Positions 11,905 through 24,542 of a stretch of 64,000 nt of DNA are shown one piece after another. This DNA comes from Thalia democratica. Taxonomy: Eukaryota. The stretch's first letter is position 1. Each line of letters opens with the position of its first letter. The stretch is taken from contig OZ241829.1 in NCBI GenBank assembly GCA_965202585.1, forward strand, positions 66,774,001 to 66,838,000. Direction: 5' to 3'. The notes under the pieces were generated by a model. That model was not told where the DNA came from and searched no databases. It was given only the letters and a program-made list of their open reading frames with translations. A program made the position numbers and the translations under genes.

Positions 11905-12430
11905 TTTAGTACTGCCTTATGTCAATAAGAGCTCAAGAGTTTTAGAAAGAAATATCTTTCAATTATTAAGTAGGACTTATCATTCAGCAAAGCCGATCGT
12001 TATTTTTGTATCAAAACTAATGTTTAGACCTTAGGCAAAGATCCGATAGCAGAATTTAAACAAAGTATGGTAGTTTACCAGTTTAACTGCTTCTGTGAAG
12101 CTAGTTATGACGGGATGACCTCAAGACAATTTGGCAAAATTACAAAGGAACATATTCCAAAAAGTATCGATGAAATTTTGTATGAGTAATAACAAAACTA
12201 AATCTATTATAGTAATAAATGCTTGATCTGCTATTGCAGAACACCTAGTAAATAACCTTGACTGTGCAAGTAATTATAATTTAAAACGATTTAAAATTAT
12301 TAAAATATGTTTTGACATTTCTGATTTAATTAAACATGAGGCTATTTGTATTTTGTTAAGAAAGCCTAAGTTCTGTAAGATTTTGACCATACTGTTTTGA
12401 CCATATTTCGTTGTTTTCTTAAATTGTTTT
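11905..12430 (+). mobile_element. Inverted partial copy of the 3' half of the adjacent Penelope-like element
   Basis: 11905-12430 is a diverged reverse complement of ~10945-11465 (GIY-YIG region and 3' end), arranged head-to-head with the main copy. Confidence 0.88.
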
Positions 12431-14141
12431 ACTGGAAAAAATAATAAGAATAGCTTAAATTTTTCTGTTTGAAACATGTGTTGAAATCTATTTTTATTTG
12501 AATATTTTAATAATATTGTACAAAACATAGATTTTTTTTAAATATATACTGCTAAAAGTAGCATGTAACTTTTTAAAGTGTAAAAGTATGAAAAAAAAAA
12601 TTATGACAAAAATATTTCCGTTAAAATTAATTAGTTCGAGAATCGGGTTTAAAATTAAGTTAAAACTTTAGTTAATTTAGTAAAACAAGTTTTTAACCTT
12701 GTTTTAAGATATATGTCTTTTATATTTAAGTAAACCAAATAATCAATATTACTGTAAACACACAAATTCTACTCATAAACATTACAAAAGAGCTATTGAG
12801 TAAAGACACTCAAACATAGTTTTTAACAAGCATGTTATAAAAAAAATGGTTTGAATCGTACATAAACGAAAAGTAAAAACTTGTTAACATAAGCAATTTG
12901 TTTACTATGTTTCATTCTCTACCTAGCTTGGAGTTAAAGAAAAAAAATTAACAAAAATGATTTAAAAAACACAAAGTAATAATTACATTTATGGTTCACA
13001 ATTCTTGGTATCTAATATTAAGATTTTAAAAACAATAGCAAAAGGATATATGCCCAAATGTTTTTGACTTTGGTTTTTTAGTTTAGTTTGTGTTAATGAA
13101 AAGAAATCTTTTAATTAAAAGTTTCAGAAAATTGAAGGTTTATGTTATCTTTTTCTGTATTGTTTTTTTGAATATAAGCTACACTGCTACTTTTTTAGTT
13201 GTAAACACTAGACTGATAAATTTATTAAAAGAGACCTACACTGCTTAAACATGTAAAAATAAAATGATTTGTTAGTTAATTTTTTTACAAAATGTCTTAA
13301 TTTGTTTTAATTTTGTTTTTTAATTCTTAAGCGAAATACGCAGAAATTAAATTTAGTAAAAGAAAATTTAAATTGCGTAACTTTCTTACTTTTTATTGTG
13401 TTTACATAACTTTTTTTGTTCTAAAAGATGTAGTTTAAAAATAATCTGTTAAAAAAATTGGTTTGCATATTTTGCATATACATGATGTGTTTATTTATAA
13501 AAAGGCCTTTTTTAAATGTAGTCAAATAAATTCAAAAAAAAAAAAAGATGATTAGGTTTTTTTGGTGAGTTAGCTAGTTAACTGTAAGCTGCCAATTTGA
13601 TAGGTTAGTTGTCCACTTGCATTCATATTTTTCGGTACCTGAAACGAATTATAACGTTTTTGATAAATGAATTAATATTTTATACTAAACTAGTAAAACA
13701 AGTACAACTAGTAAACTAAAAATGTACTTTTTTTATCGACGCTATAAAGCATTTTTGAATCCTTAAATTTGGTTTAGTTGGCATCTAAGATCTTTTTTTT
13801 TTAATTATTCGGAAAGGAAAACTAATAGAACTTAGATTAAGAATTTTGAACAACTTGAGAAATTTTAACATTTTGTTTGTTGTAAACAGATTTATAAAAA
13901 GTAAAGCAATCAAAACTTTAAAAGTTTTGGTCTTAAAATACCTTACACACCATCAAAAATCAAACTTTAAATTATCACAAGTAAACGAAATACTTGTATA
14001 AGTTTAAAAGTTGAAACTAAATCATTTTATTGTTTACCAACCGTGTACTTTAAGGCAAATAAGGTTAAAACTAAAGAAAGGTTGAAATAAGATTGAAAAC
14101 ATTGGGTACAATAATTAAACTACCTTATGAAATAAAACTAT

Positions 14142-14256
14142 ACAAGACGTTAAAAGGTATCCGTGGTGTGCGACTCGACAACCAAAAGGTTTTTAGTGCA
14201 CCAAATCCTAGGACCAAATAACTTAAGCGTTTTTATTGTTGTTAAATAAAGTATAT
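14142..14256 (-). repeat. ~130-bp structured interspersed repeat (copy 3)
   Basis: Plus strand ACAAGACGTTAAAAGGTATCCGTGGTGTGCGACTCGACAACCAAAAGGTTTTTAGTGCACCAAATCCTAGGACCAAA. Confidence 0.8.
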
Positions 14257-15080
14257 ACTAACTAAACTAGAAATTGTTAATTCAATAAAGCTACTTTAGT
14301 ATATAAATTAAAAATAATAGACCTTTGTAAAATAACATTTTTTTAAGTACAATAGCATGAATAACAAAAGCAGTAAATGGAGAAGAATTAAAAAAAAATA
14401 CTTTTAGTGAGTAAAGTAAGCATTTAAAAAGAAAGCAAGTTTGAAAACTAGTTATATAAGGTTTTTCATTCGAAAAGAAAAACTTTAAAAAAAATTAGTT
14501 ACCTCTCGTAATATGTCATCTGTAGATATAATGGTAAGTTTGAAAACTATTGTTACAATGAATATAAACCATTTTTAAACTACTTGAATTAGAATTTATT
14601 TATCAAAGCAGTAGTAATTGCATAAGAGCTCTTATAACACTGTTAAGTTACAACTTTCTTTTAATAAAATATATAAAGGTTTGATAAAAATGAAACAGTA
14701 ATAAAACTTTATAAAGTATTTTATTTTACTTTCTGTTCAAAAAATATTTTTATTGTCTTTAGTTATTTAGTATTATTAGTTAATTAATTTTTAAAATTTA
14801 TGATATTAGTAGTAACTTAAAGAACATTAAGGAATCTAACAATGTATCAAAAAAGACAATAACAACAGCAGTAAAAAGTCTAAAGTAAACATTTAAAACA
14901 ATAAAACATTCTTTGTGTTTTTGAAAATTTATACAAAACATCTTTGATGATTTCAACTAGGTACTTGAAATAAAATTTTATATTTATTAGCATACTTTAA
15001 GATATAAAAAAGATAAAACTGTGAACTTTTTTCTACGATATTATTCTAACAGTTTTATCGAAAACAACTTTAAACTAACG

Positions 15081-18000
15081 TTAGCAGCTTTCGTTGTGAT
15101 GCCGAGAGCATTCTGGTGCTTGCAAAAGCGGTACAGTGAAGCTTGCTGTGTTTTTCAAGCCCATCATCGCATTGTAATAGTTCACAAAGTGTTTACTGTG
15201 GCTGAAAATTGTCAATACAACAATTGCAGTCAAACTTTACAAAACACTATTTAAGCTGGTGTAAAAATTTTTTAAATTTCAAATGAACAATTTAAAAGTT
15301 TGGTTTGTTAAGTTAGATTTTTGTTAAATGCTTAAGACTAAAATAAAGAGTTACTCACAGTTACAGTATGATTTATTTAAACTTAGGTACATAATTTTAA
15401 TACTTATTTATTTTTTTTTTTTCAGTTAGAATGAACAAAATGATATCTATTAGCAACTAAGTAAACTTAAATTTAAAAGAATCAACACAACAAAGTGTTT
15501 TTTTTTATTTGCTGATGTGTTATAAATTATCAGTAAGTTAAATATCAGTGGAAGAAAATTTATAAATAAACAAAACTTTTTAATACTTTTTCATGAAATT
15601 TAAAACTACAAACAAAGAAATAAATACTAATAGCTTTAAATATACAGCTACTCTTTTGCTAGTCTACCAAATACTTTTTTCAAACTTTTTTTTTCAATAA
15701 TAAATTTTAGTATTTATAAGCAGTGTTATTTTATATTTTATCAACAAATTAATGTATTTGATTTATAAAAGTAAAAAAAACTTTATAGTTTTTTAAAGAA
15801 TCAATATATTAAAATAAAAAGCTAACATAATTTGTTTTACCAATTAAAAATGAAGCATTTTTAAATGGAAAATATGAAATACATACAATTTTGTTGAACT
15901 ATTTTACCAAGTTTATATTTTATACTTAAACATTTGTTCAGCCTGTAACATGACAGTTAAAAGTTAGGCAATTTTATAAAATATTTATCTTATTTTTTCA
16001 GTTCTTACCGTTATTTTCAGATAAATTGTATTTAAAAAAAATGGTTATTTTTAAATAAACAGTTAAATTAAAAAAAAAACAAGTATTAACGAAACCTTCT
16101 TCCATATAGGTTACAAGAAATGTTAGGAAGGGCAACAGCCTTTGAAAAACTCGTATTAGAAGTAGAAACATCAGTCATCGATGGTGGAACAATTGTGTTT
16201 GAGTGGAACATGTTAGAATATGCCGAAGATAGCATCAATGCTCGTGCTTGAGCCGATGCTTGTTCTTTCACCTGTGTATTGGTTTTTTGTCATAATTACT
16301 TAAAAATACATTTTATTTGTTGGCAAATAAATAGTATCCAACTTTGGCATTAACTTTCTAGCAAAGAAAATACTAAGTCTTAAAAAAACTAAGTCAAAAG
16401 CTGTAGTTACATATTTTCAAAAGTTAACAAAAAGGTTTGTTCATACCAATTTCATCATCCGACCACAAGCTGTCCTGGGTTTCGTTCTCATTGAAACTCT
16501 ACATTCAGTCGCAACAGGAAAACTTGCAGTCTGCGCCTACTGATGAGTTTCAATAAGAACGGAATCCGGGTATCCGTCTACCAAAAGCTTGTGGTCTGAA
16601 GCTCGAATTTGATCAAACCTTTTTGTTAGGCTTAGGCTCTGTAGATTTTGAAAAAATATTGTAAAACTAAAAAACAATCCTACCGAAAACCCAATTTGAT
16701 TGTTTTTGAAAAAAGGTATCTGTGAGGCATTGACATCAAGCTTGACGTGTCCACGAGATCTGTTATTCAATAAGATTTTAGTACACTAAAGTTAAAATTT
16801 AGAACCTAGAAAAAGCATACTTTAATAGACTTCAAAGTATTTAAATGACTTTAGTTTTTTTTTCTGTTTTGTTTAAACTAAATTTATCTGTTTTGTTTGT
16901 GGATTAAATTGTGCTAGTTTTTGTTATTAAGCTGAGTACTTTTTAACTCAAAGTATAACATATAAACTTTTTTTTTTTAGTAGTAATAAGTATTTCATTT
17001 TACTGCAGTATTTTTATTATCGATAAAAAAGTCAACGCCGTAATAGATACTTTGTTTATTCAAATGCAGTTCTATTTAGTTTAAACTAATAATTTCAGAA
17101 ATAATGAAGCTATCAAAAAGTAAACAGTAAAAAAAACGTTAACTGATGACATGTTTTATTTGTGTATAACCAGTCTTTAATACACTAACTAGTCTTTATT
17201 TTGTATCTACAAAAATTTAAGTATTTTTATACAGTGTTAACAAGCAAATAGTGTGTAGCTCGATGAACGAAAAGTATTTCTGCACCTATCGAATCAATAG
17301 TAGTGAACCTTAAATATTTTCTGTCTTTATTCTACACTTAAAAACAACTAAAATACATGCAAGCTTAAAAGTTAATGACAAAATATAACCAAAAATAAAA
17401 ACATAATCAACAACAAAATTTAATTACGTTCTAAAAGAATATGTTTTGATATTAAATATAAAAACTACTTATTGAAGAATCATAATTCGTCAATATATTT
17501 AAGATAAAAAGAAGTTTACCCTCAAAACCTGAAAACTTTTAAGAGAAAATTTTCATGTTACACATTATACGAAGCAGACACCTAATTGAGGTTTCTATTA
17601 ATAACGTAATAACTACAACATTCATAAATTCAAAGCACAGTTTTTTGAGCTTTAAAATAACTAAACGTTAAAAAAGTCATTAGAATTATAAAAACAATTA
17701 GACCTACTTCATTAACAAAACATTCTTGTTCTAACTATTTTAAGTTATTTATAGTTTAGCCTAGCGCATTTATATACTCAGTGTTTTAACTTAATTCTGC
17801 CCGTGGCAAAAACAATTAGGTCTACTTGACCAACAGCACAAAAATATTCCAACTGTACTAGCTAAACATCATTAAATCAAGTGAATTCACGCCTTAGATT
17901 TTTTTCTCACCCCGTGAGTTTCTGGGGTCTTCGTTTTCGGTACTCCCCCTCGTCGACCGTCCAAACTGCCCCTTTTGCGTCCTCGACCCGAACGAAGCAT

Positions 18001-21000
18001 TTGTGCAGGGACAAGTTGTGTCGGACGGCGTTCTAAAAACAAAATTGAAATCTGAAAACGAAGTTGTTTGTAAATAGTACAAACAGTAGGTTTACTGTGT
18101 TTTGGAATGCGTAAAAATATAGAAGGTAGAACATAAAACAAATGCATTTCAAAAAAAAAAAAAAAAAAAAAAAAGATGAGCTTATTTTAAAAATAATTTT
18201 AAAAAGTTTTATTTCTAAAATACCTTCCATGTGGCTCCGTTTTGCCTGAAAAAGCAAAACTTGTTCTGAAACCAGTTGTAAATTTCATTCAGGGTCATTT
18301 GACTTTCCCGGGTTTGAATGATCGCCTGAAAGTGTTTAATAAAATTAGTATACTAAAACTAAAATGGACCTGGTCAACGAAATGACCTCTTAGTCATTTA
18401 GCTGTACACAATGTAAATTTAAAGTTGAAACATTTGTTTAAAATGTCTAACTTAAACAGCTTACTTGTCGTATGAGCTGAGCATAGGTGTGTTTAGGCCT
18501 GATGAAGTTTACTGAGTAGTAATGTGAATTTCTTTCCAAATCTGTATCAAATAGAACGATTTGAGTTTTTTTCTTGTATGACCGATAACATTGTTAGTTA
18601 ATTTTTTTAAAAGAAAATATTTTAATTTGAACCATTTTATTAATATTAATGAGCAGTACAATTTTGTTAATTAATGAAAAATCAAGTATATAGAAGTTGC
18701 AAAACACTTTAGTTATCTAAAATACAAAATTTTAAATATATTAAATGTTTCTCTTTAGTGCATTTAACTACTCAAAAATACAAAATAAAAGTGCTCAAAA
18801 TTAAATTTACTTTAAAATGTTCTCATGTTTAAACTTACCAATGGAAATTTCATCTTCTGCACAGCCAGCCGAGCAGCCATCCGGGCTTGCAGTTCGAAAA
18901 AAACCAGCTACTCGTTGGTTGTTTACGCCATTCGGCTTTGACGCGTTTTTCGTGGAAAAGTTGTCGTCACCTGCCAAACTTCGACATTTGTTTTGTCGAT
19001 AATCAACCGCGCTGACACCTACTTCAGTGGCATCTGTTTCAACTTTTCCGACGACCGAACAATTTACGTTTTGTTGTCCGTTTGACACGCTTGAATGCGC
19101 ACCAATCGTGTCGCAAGATGCTTGCGGTAGTTTCTGCAAAATGTTAAAAATCAAGTACAGTTTAATACTCAAGTGTAGGTTACAAACGTAAAAAGTTTGT
19201 TTGTGATATAATTTAAAATATATTTGGCAGATTTATGGCATATGCTTTAACCCTTTTTCTGCAATAAGTGTCTAATGTACTTGAGTGTAGTTATATATCT
19301 AAGCATTAGTTTGGAATTAAAAATGTATAGACATGTTATTGATGCATGGTAATTTATTTTGAAATAATTAAGACTAATAACTTTTGTCTACAAAGAAAAA
19401 AATCTAAATAGATTCGATCAATTCTGTTTGTTTTAAACAGATTGATCGTTTATTCAAAAGAGCTTACTCTTTAAAACATGATAAAACGAGTTTATGAAAC
19501 ACACTGATGAAAATTTTGTTTAGCTGATAAAGAGCTGAAAAGCGTATTGTTAAAAAAAAGGCGGGCAAATTCAACACTTGAGTGAAAAGAAATGTTTAGA
19601 CGGAAAAACATGTATGACACTCAAAAACACTTGATGAGTAACTGGATACTTGAAGTTTTGACTTGCGACTGTAGTATTGCAACTTTACGCACAAAATGTG
19701 CAATTTGGAGTTTTTGTACAAAACCAAGTATTCACAGTTGTAACAAACAAACACTTGTAGCATATTTATTGGTTATTTGGTACTATAGTGTCAATAAACA
19801 AATAAGCTTGCTGGAAGTTTCAGCCAGTACACTCGTTCTTTAAACTTGTTTTAATACAGAAAAGTCTTCAAAAGCTACAAAAAACGCAAACAAATTATTT
19901 TAGTAGAAAACATACACTAACAAAACAAGCACTCAAGCAACAGTGCGAAATTACCTCTGTTCCGCTCAACTTGTAAGATGTTAGGTCGCGATGAGCACTT
20001 GTTGACGTGTTTTCAATTTTTAAAGATTTGTTGTCAGGCGAGCGACTTGCGAAGCTCAATCTTAATTTTTCCGTGTCACCTTTCGCGCGATCATCAATCT
20101 TTATGACGTTGTAGTTTTGCAATGAGGGCAGATAGTTTGCATGAGGCTTCGTCAAATCGCAAAAATGCTTCATGGCTCGGTACAACTCTTTTGCTTGCTT
20201 TATCTTCAAAAATTAACATTTTAGCTTTGAATTTTAAATTACTAAAGGCTTTAGACGCTTTGTCACTCACTTAAATTTTAAATAATTTTTTTTTGAATAA
20301 AAACTTGCAGGAAATAGTTATAAATATTCACGAACTAAGCATTAATTTTAAACGGTAACATACAACGTTACATAACTGTTTTTAAACTTTAAAGGTTAAC
20401 TAAAAATGCATAATGATAAACTTTCACTGTTAAAAAAACATGTTAATATTAGGTTAAGTAATACAATTTGGAAAAAAATAAATGTAGAACGAGCTTTTAT
20501 ATGACACCAACGAGCTATCAAAGCTTGTTCTAAACTCTATATGAGTATAAGTTACCTGACGTTGTAAGTTTCTTATGTGGTTTGATTGAAAAGCACATTG
20601 CTCTCTGCTACGATCGCACCAAGAATGATGTTGGTACAAGTGCCTACACACCGTTGTAAAGTTGAAAAACAACAATGATTATAAAGTACTAAACAACTAA
20701 CTTTTATACCCTAAAAAACTAATAGCTTAGAGAATTATGACTTAAATGTTGTTTTAAAGTTTTAGCTACACCAAAAAATACTTATTCGAATTAAAAAAAA
20801 AAATACGTTTTGAAATTGGTAATGTTGGAAAATTGCTCTTCGCATTCAATCCATTGACACTTTCCTTCAGTGTATAATGACTGTATTGACAAAGGGGGCT
20901 TGTCGTCACTACAGCCTTTAATTGTTTTGACTTTGTTTGAATTAACATTGTTATCGTCTGTACTTGCACCATTAGTATCGTGAGTTTTGTTACGACTAAA

Positions 21001-22609
21001 AAATAACTTGTAATTTAACTTAACATTAAATTTTGTGGTAAAAACTTTAGAATAAAATATTCGACTTTGGTTAAAAAAAATATAAGTTACAAAAATTGTA
21101 TTTCAACTCGACGTGAATATACAATTTATTAAACACTTTGAATTAATTTATAAGTTCAATTTTGGTATAACAAAAACTTGCATTTAAAATGTTAACATTG
21201 CATGCTTGGAATTAATAGAAATATTTTAAATGTTTAAACTATGTATGTAAATATCTTACCAAGGTGGTAGATGTTTTATATCGCTTGTTAATAGTGAGTT
21301 TTCCAAATGATACTTGTGATGCGCTTTCCTATATTCTTGTGATTGAACAATGTTTGCAGCATTTACATTTACTGCCTTTTCATCATCATTCGACAATTGT
21401 CCTAAATATTGAAAGAAATATGTTCGTGATAATTTAATTTATAAAAATAAAGCGTTGTTTTTTACGTACTTGGATAAAGTTAATGTAGTATGTTTTTATA
21501 TAATACAAGGTTTTAAATCGTAAAAGAAGTATTTTCGTGATAATTTACTTTTAAATAAAAAACAGCTTTCTTTTTGCTTTTGGTTAGGAATATGTTTAAT
21601 GTACAAAGATTGCAAGCACAAAACTTTAATACAAAAACTTCCTGGTAGAAAAAAAATAATTTTTATGTATATTCTTTTTTTCTTACTTTAAAATTAATAT
21701 TAGAGCAAGAAATGCTCAAAATACTTTATTTTTTTACACATTTAAAATTTACTACACTTTATATAAAGCTAGGAAAATAAAGAAGAATACTGAAAGTTTT
21801 TAGATAAAAAACACATTTTTTATGGTAAAGTCATCAATCTTTTAAACCTTTTACTAGTTGTAAGGCAAGCAATTGCAGTTGGTTACGACTAAAATACTGG
21901 CTTAAATCACGTTCATCAGGCTGTTGATGTTGCTCGATCGATTTCTTAAAACATTTCTGTAAAAAAGTATGTTGTTTTAAACTCCCAGGCACATAAACGC
22001 AGTCAAAGCTAACAAAAGTTTGCTGGCTGCCAATCTGAAGCCAAAAAAGGAAACGGCAATAAAAGACCGCACCTGTTTATGTACCAACAACAACACAAGA
22101 TCGAACAAAAACAACATAACACAAGCGGACAAACAATAACAAATCCGTCATCAGGTATTTGTTATTATATTGTTGGAATGACTTTTATAGTTTTGCCACC
22201 TATAAGCCGTTGGCAGGTTTAAATTTGATACAGCATTAAGATCGGCTGAAATATTAGGACTTACCTCAAGCTAACTTTTAGTGTTACAGCGTAATACTTT
22301 AATCATTAAAAGTAGAATTTTTAAAATCTGAACCTCATCGATTTTTCCTTCAGAGTCCGAACAATTTTCAAGTTCGACCTTCAACCTTTTGTTCACCCGC
22401 TCCTTCAGGTCTCGGTCGAATCTTCGTTTGTTGCCGACGTTGTTGTTCGAGCGGTTGTTTTTGTCGTCCTGCAACAGGCCGCTGTTGTTTGTTGCGATGT
22501 TGTTGTTTTGCAGCAAATCGATTCCGTTGCATTGCACGCTCGTTTGCGATTTCTGCTCGTTTGGCGTTCCGTCCGGACTGGCGACTGACATGCTGATTGT
22601 TTTGAACAT
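15081..22609 (-). CDS. FoxP: Forkhead box P transcription factor (multi-exon)
   Basis: Phase-consistent exons: 22334-22609, 21848-21956, 21260-21401, 20807-20995, 20556-20643, 19955-20203, 18839-19133, 18465-18541, 18224-18325, 17911-18032, 16684-16759, 16096-16271 (or to the stop at 16086), tentative last exon 15081-15234. C2H2 finger [25 protein letters not shown] followed by the zipper [10 protein letters not shown]...; forkhead [13 protein letters not shown]|[34 protein letters not shown]|[38 protein letters not shown], with introns at the LIRQ| and TWK| positions known from vertebrate FOXP. Upstream exons may exist (acceptor near 22637, frame open). 3' end less certain. Confidence 0.93.
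16411..16660. mobile_element. Fold-back (MITE-like) element with ~110-bp inverted arms carrying hammerhead-ribozyme motifs; in FoxP intron 16272-16683
   Basis: The left arm ATATTTTCAAAAGTTAACAAAAAGGTTTG...CGACCACAAGC...GGGTTTCGTTCTCATTGAAACTC pairs with the right arm GAGTTTCAATAAGAACGGAATCCGGG...GCTTGTGGTCTGA...CAAACCTTTTTGTTAG...TTTTGAAAAAATAT. Same termini as 61991-62201. Confidence 0.8.
16540..16572 (+). ncRNA. Minimal type-I hammerhead ribozyme core (degenerate copy)
   Basis: CTGATGA-GTTT(CAATAA)GAAC-GGAA-TCCGGG-TA. The other three arms supply GAAA(A)CCCGGGTC or GAAACCCAGG, giving consensus CTGATGAGTTTCAATAAGAACGAAACCCGGGTC. Helix I cannot be confirmed here. Confidence 0.6.
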
Positions 22610-24420
22610 TTTTGCTGACTTGTTGAAGCAATTTTTCTAGTTAAAATATGTATTTACACGAAAATCTATATATACCTGAGTTAAGTGACAGTAGTAATTA
22701 AAATGTGAAGAGTTTTCATTCTTATTTATTGTGTAAATATTATAGTTTCTACAAGATACTTAATTACATATTTTTATAAAAGCTTTAACTTATTAATATT
22801 TATTTTTTTACGTTTAAAGCAAACTATAAAACGTATTTTATGACTTTCATTTGTTTAGTGTTTTTTGAGTATTTTTTATTTTAACAAAAGTGATTTACTA
22901 AAAAAAAAAAACATGTGTTTTTAATCAGGAACAAAAATATAAAGTTTCTTTTGTATTTTTCACACTAAAAGATTTAGTGTGAAAATTTTAACTGAAACAC
23001 TGTTGAAAACAAATTCAAATTTACTTTAGACTTACATGGTTTGTAGTAAGTACTACTTATTAACTTTTTTTAAATTTCTATATAGAATTTTTTTTTTTAA
23101 TTTTATAAATAGAAAGTATTTATTAAAAAAATTTAAAGTATAAGACATAAATTCTTTTTTTAAATATTGATTTTTAAGTATTTTGCGACTAAAAATTAGT
23201 GAAAATGTCACTGTACGTCTAAATAGACAATCTAACACTGTTTGTAGTAGAAGGTAAAAAAAATTAACAGATCTAAAAAAGGCATACTTTTTTTACTGTA
23301 GTATAGTTAAAATCCAGTCTGACTTGCATATTTGCTGATTAAGTTTAGTTAAGAACTGGTATAAGAAATAATAACTAACAATCTTAGAATATGAATAAGT
23401 TTAAAGAAGTGTTCATACTACATTAAATTAAACGTCTGTTTTTTTAATGTAAAATTTCAACCTTTTAATTTTCTAATTTTTTCTTATATAGTTGATGTAA
23501 ATTCTATTTTTAGATTAATAAATAACAACATGAAACTTGTTTGTAAAACTAAAAAACACAAACTTTTGAAAATGCTATTTTTGAACTTATATACATTTAA
23601 GCAAAATCTGATAATTTTTTTTTACTTAAACTAAGATAACATCTGAAAAAACTTAACTATTTAAAAAAAAAATCTTAAATCTATAATTTTTAAAACTCTA
23701 TAAGCTTGATATTTAATTTTCAAAAATGTTAATTAAAACTAACTTAAAACAAAATAAATAATATGCTAACTACTTTGATAATTAGTTTTAAGAGCTTTGC
23801 AAAATGCAAATAAAGACTATTTGCTTTAGAGTTTGACTTAAAAGCCTTTTTTATAACTATCTCGTTTTCAAAAACTTTGTCATTTTTTGAGCTATGATGA
23901 ATCGTTAAATTGTTCGCTTTTAGGTGACTGACTAACTTAATTTAAATAATAATTGTTTATCGAGTTTAATATTAAATAATTAATAGGTATACATAACTTT
24001 GAAAAACTTAAAAACGAATACAAATAAATAGTTTTAACTTAAATTACATGTATAAACAGGTAATTTTATCTCTTATATTATAAATACTATGACTAGAACC
24101 AGTTTTTTTCTATTATTATAATACTTAAAGTGGTTCATCAACCGTATGTTGTACTTTATTTTATTTTTTACCAATAGGTACTTTTGAAAACATTAGTTAA
24201 TAGATTAAAAGAAAAACAATATAAACTACTTTGAAAAACAGATTTTAGAGGTTTCAGCAAAATATAGAACAAAGGAAATTTTTTACTGTTTTATAATTTC
24301 TTACCGTTGTTTATTTTTATTTAAAATCATCAAGATTAACTCAATAAATAACTAGTTTTAATAAAACAAATGTTATTCGTATTTTTAAACTTATAAGCTT
24401 TTAGAACTAATTTTCATTGT

Positions 24421-24542
24421 TGTTTATTAAATGACAAAAATAAGCTCAAAGTGTTTGGTCCTAGATTTCAGTGCACGAAGAACCTTCCGGCTATCGAGTC
24501 GTACACCACTTGGATACCTTTTAAAGTCTTGTCCAGGACAGC
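24421..24542 (+). repeat. ~130-bp structured interspersed repeat (copy 4, most complete)
   Basis: TGTTTATTAAATGACAAAAA...TTTGGTCCTAGATTTCAGTGCACGAAGAACCTTCCGGCTATCGAGTCGTACACCACTTGGATACCTTTTAAAGTCTTGTCCAGGACAGC. Confidence 0.8.

Noticed and set aside
16760-18223. Duplicated, mutually exclusive forkhead exon as in FOXP1 18b or Drosophila FoxP
   Set aside because: No second NAVRHNLS-like exon was found in the flanking introns.
22261-22333. Strong GTAAGT donor downstream of FoxP exon 1 (possible 6-nt microexon or extension)
   Set aside because: Read-through meets a TAG, and the implied acceptor lacks a pyrimidine tract; unsupported without RNA data.
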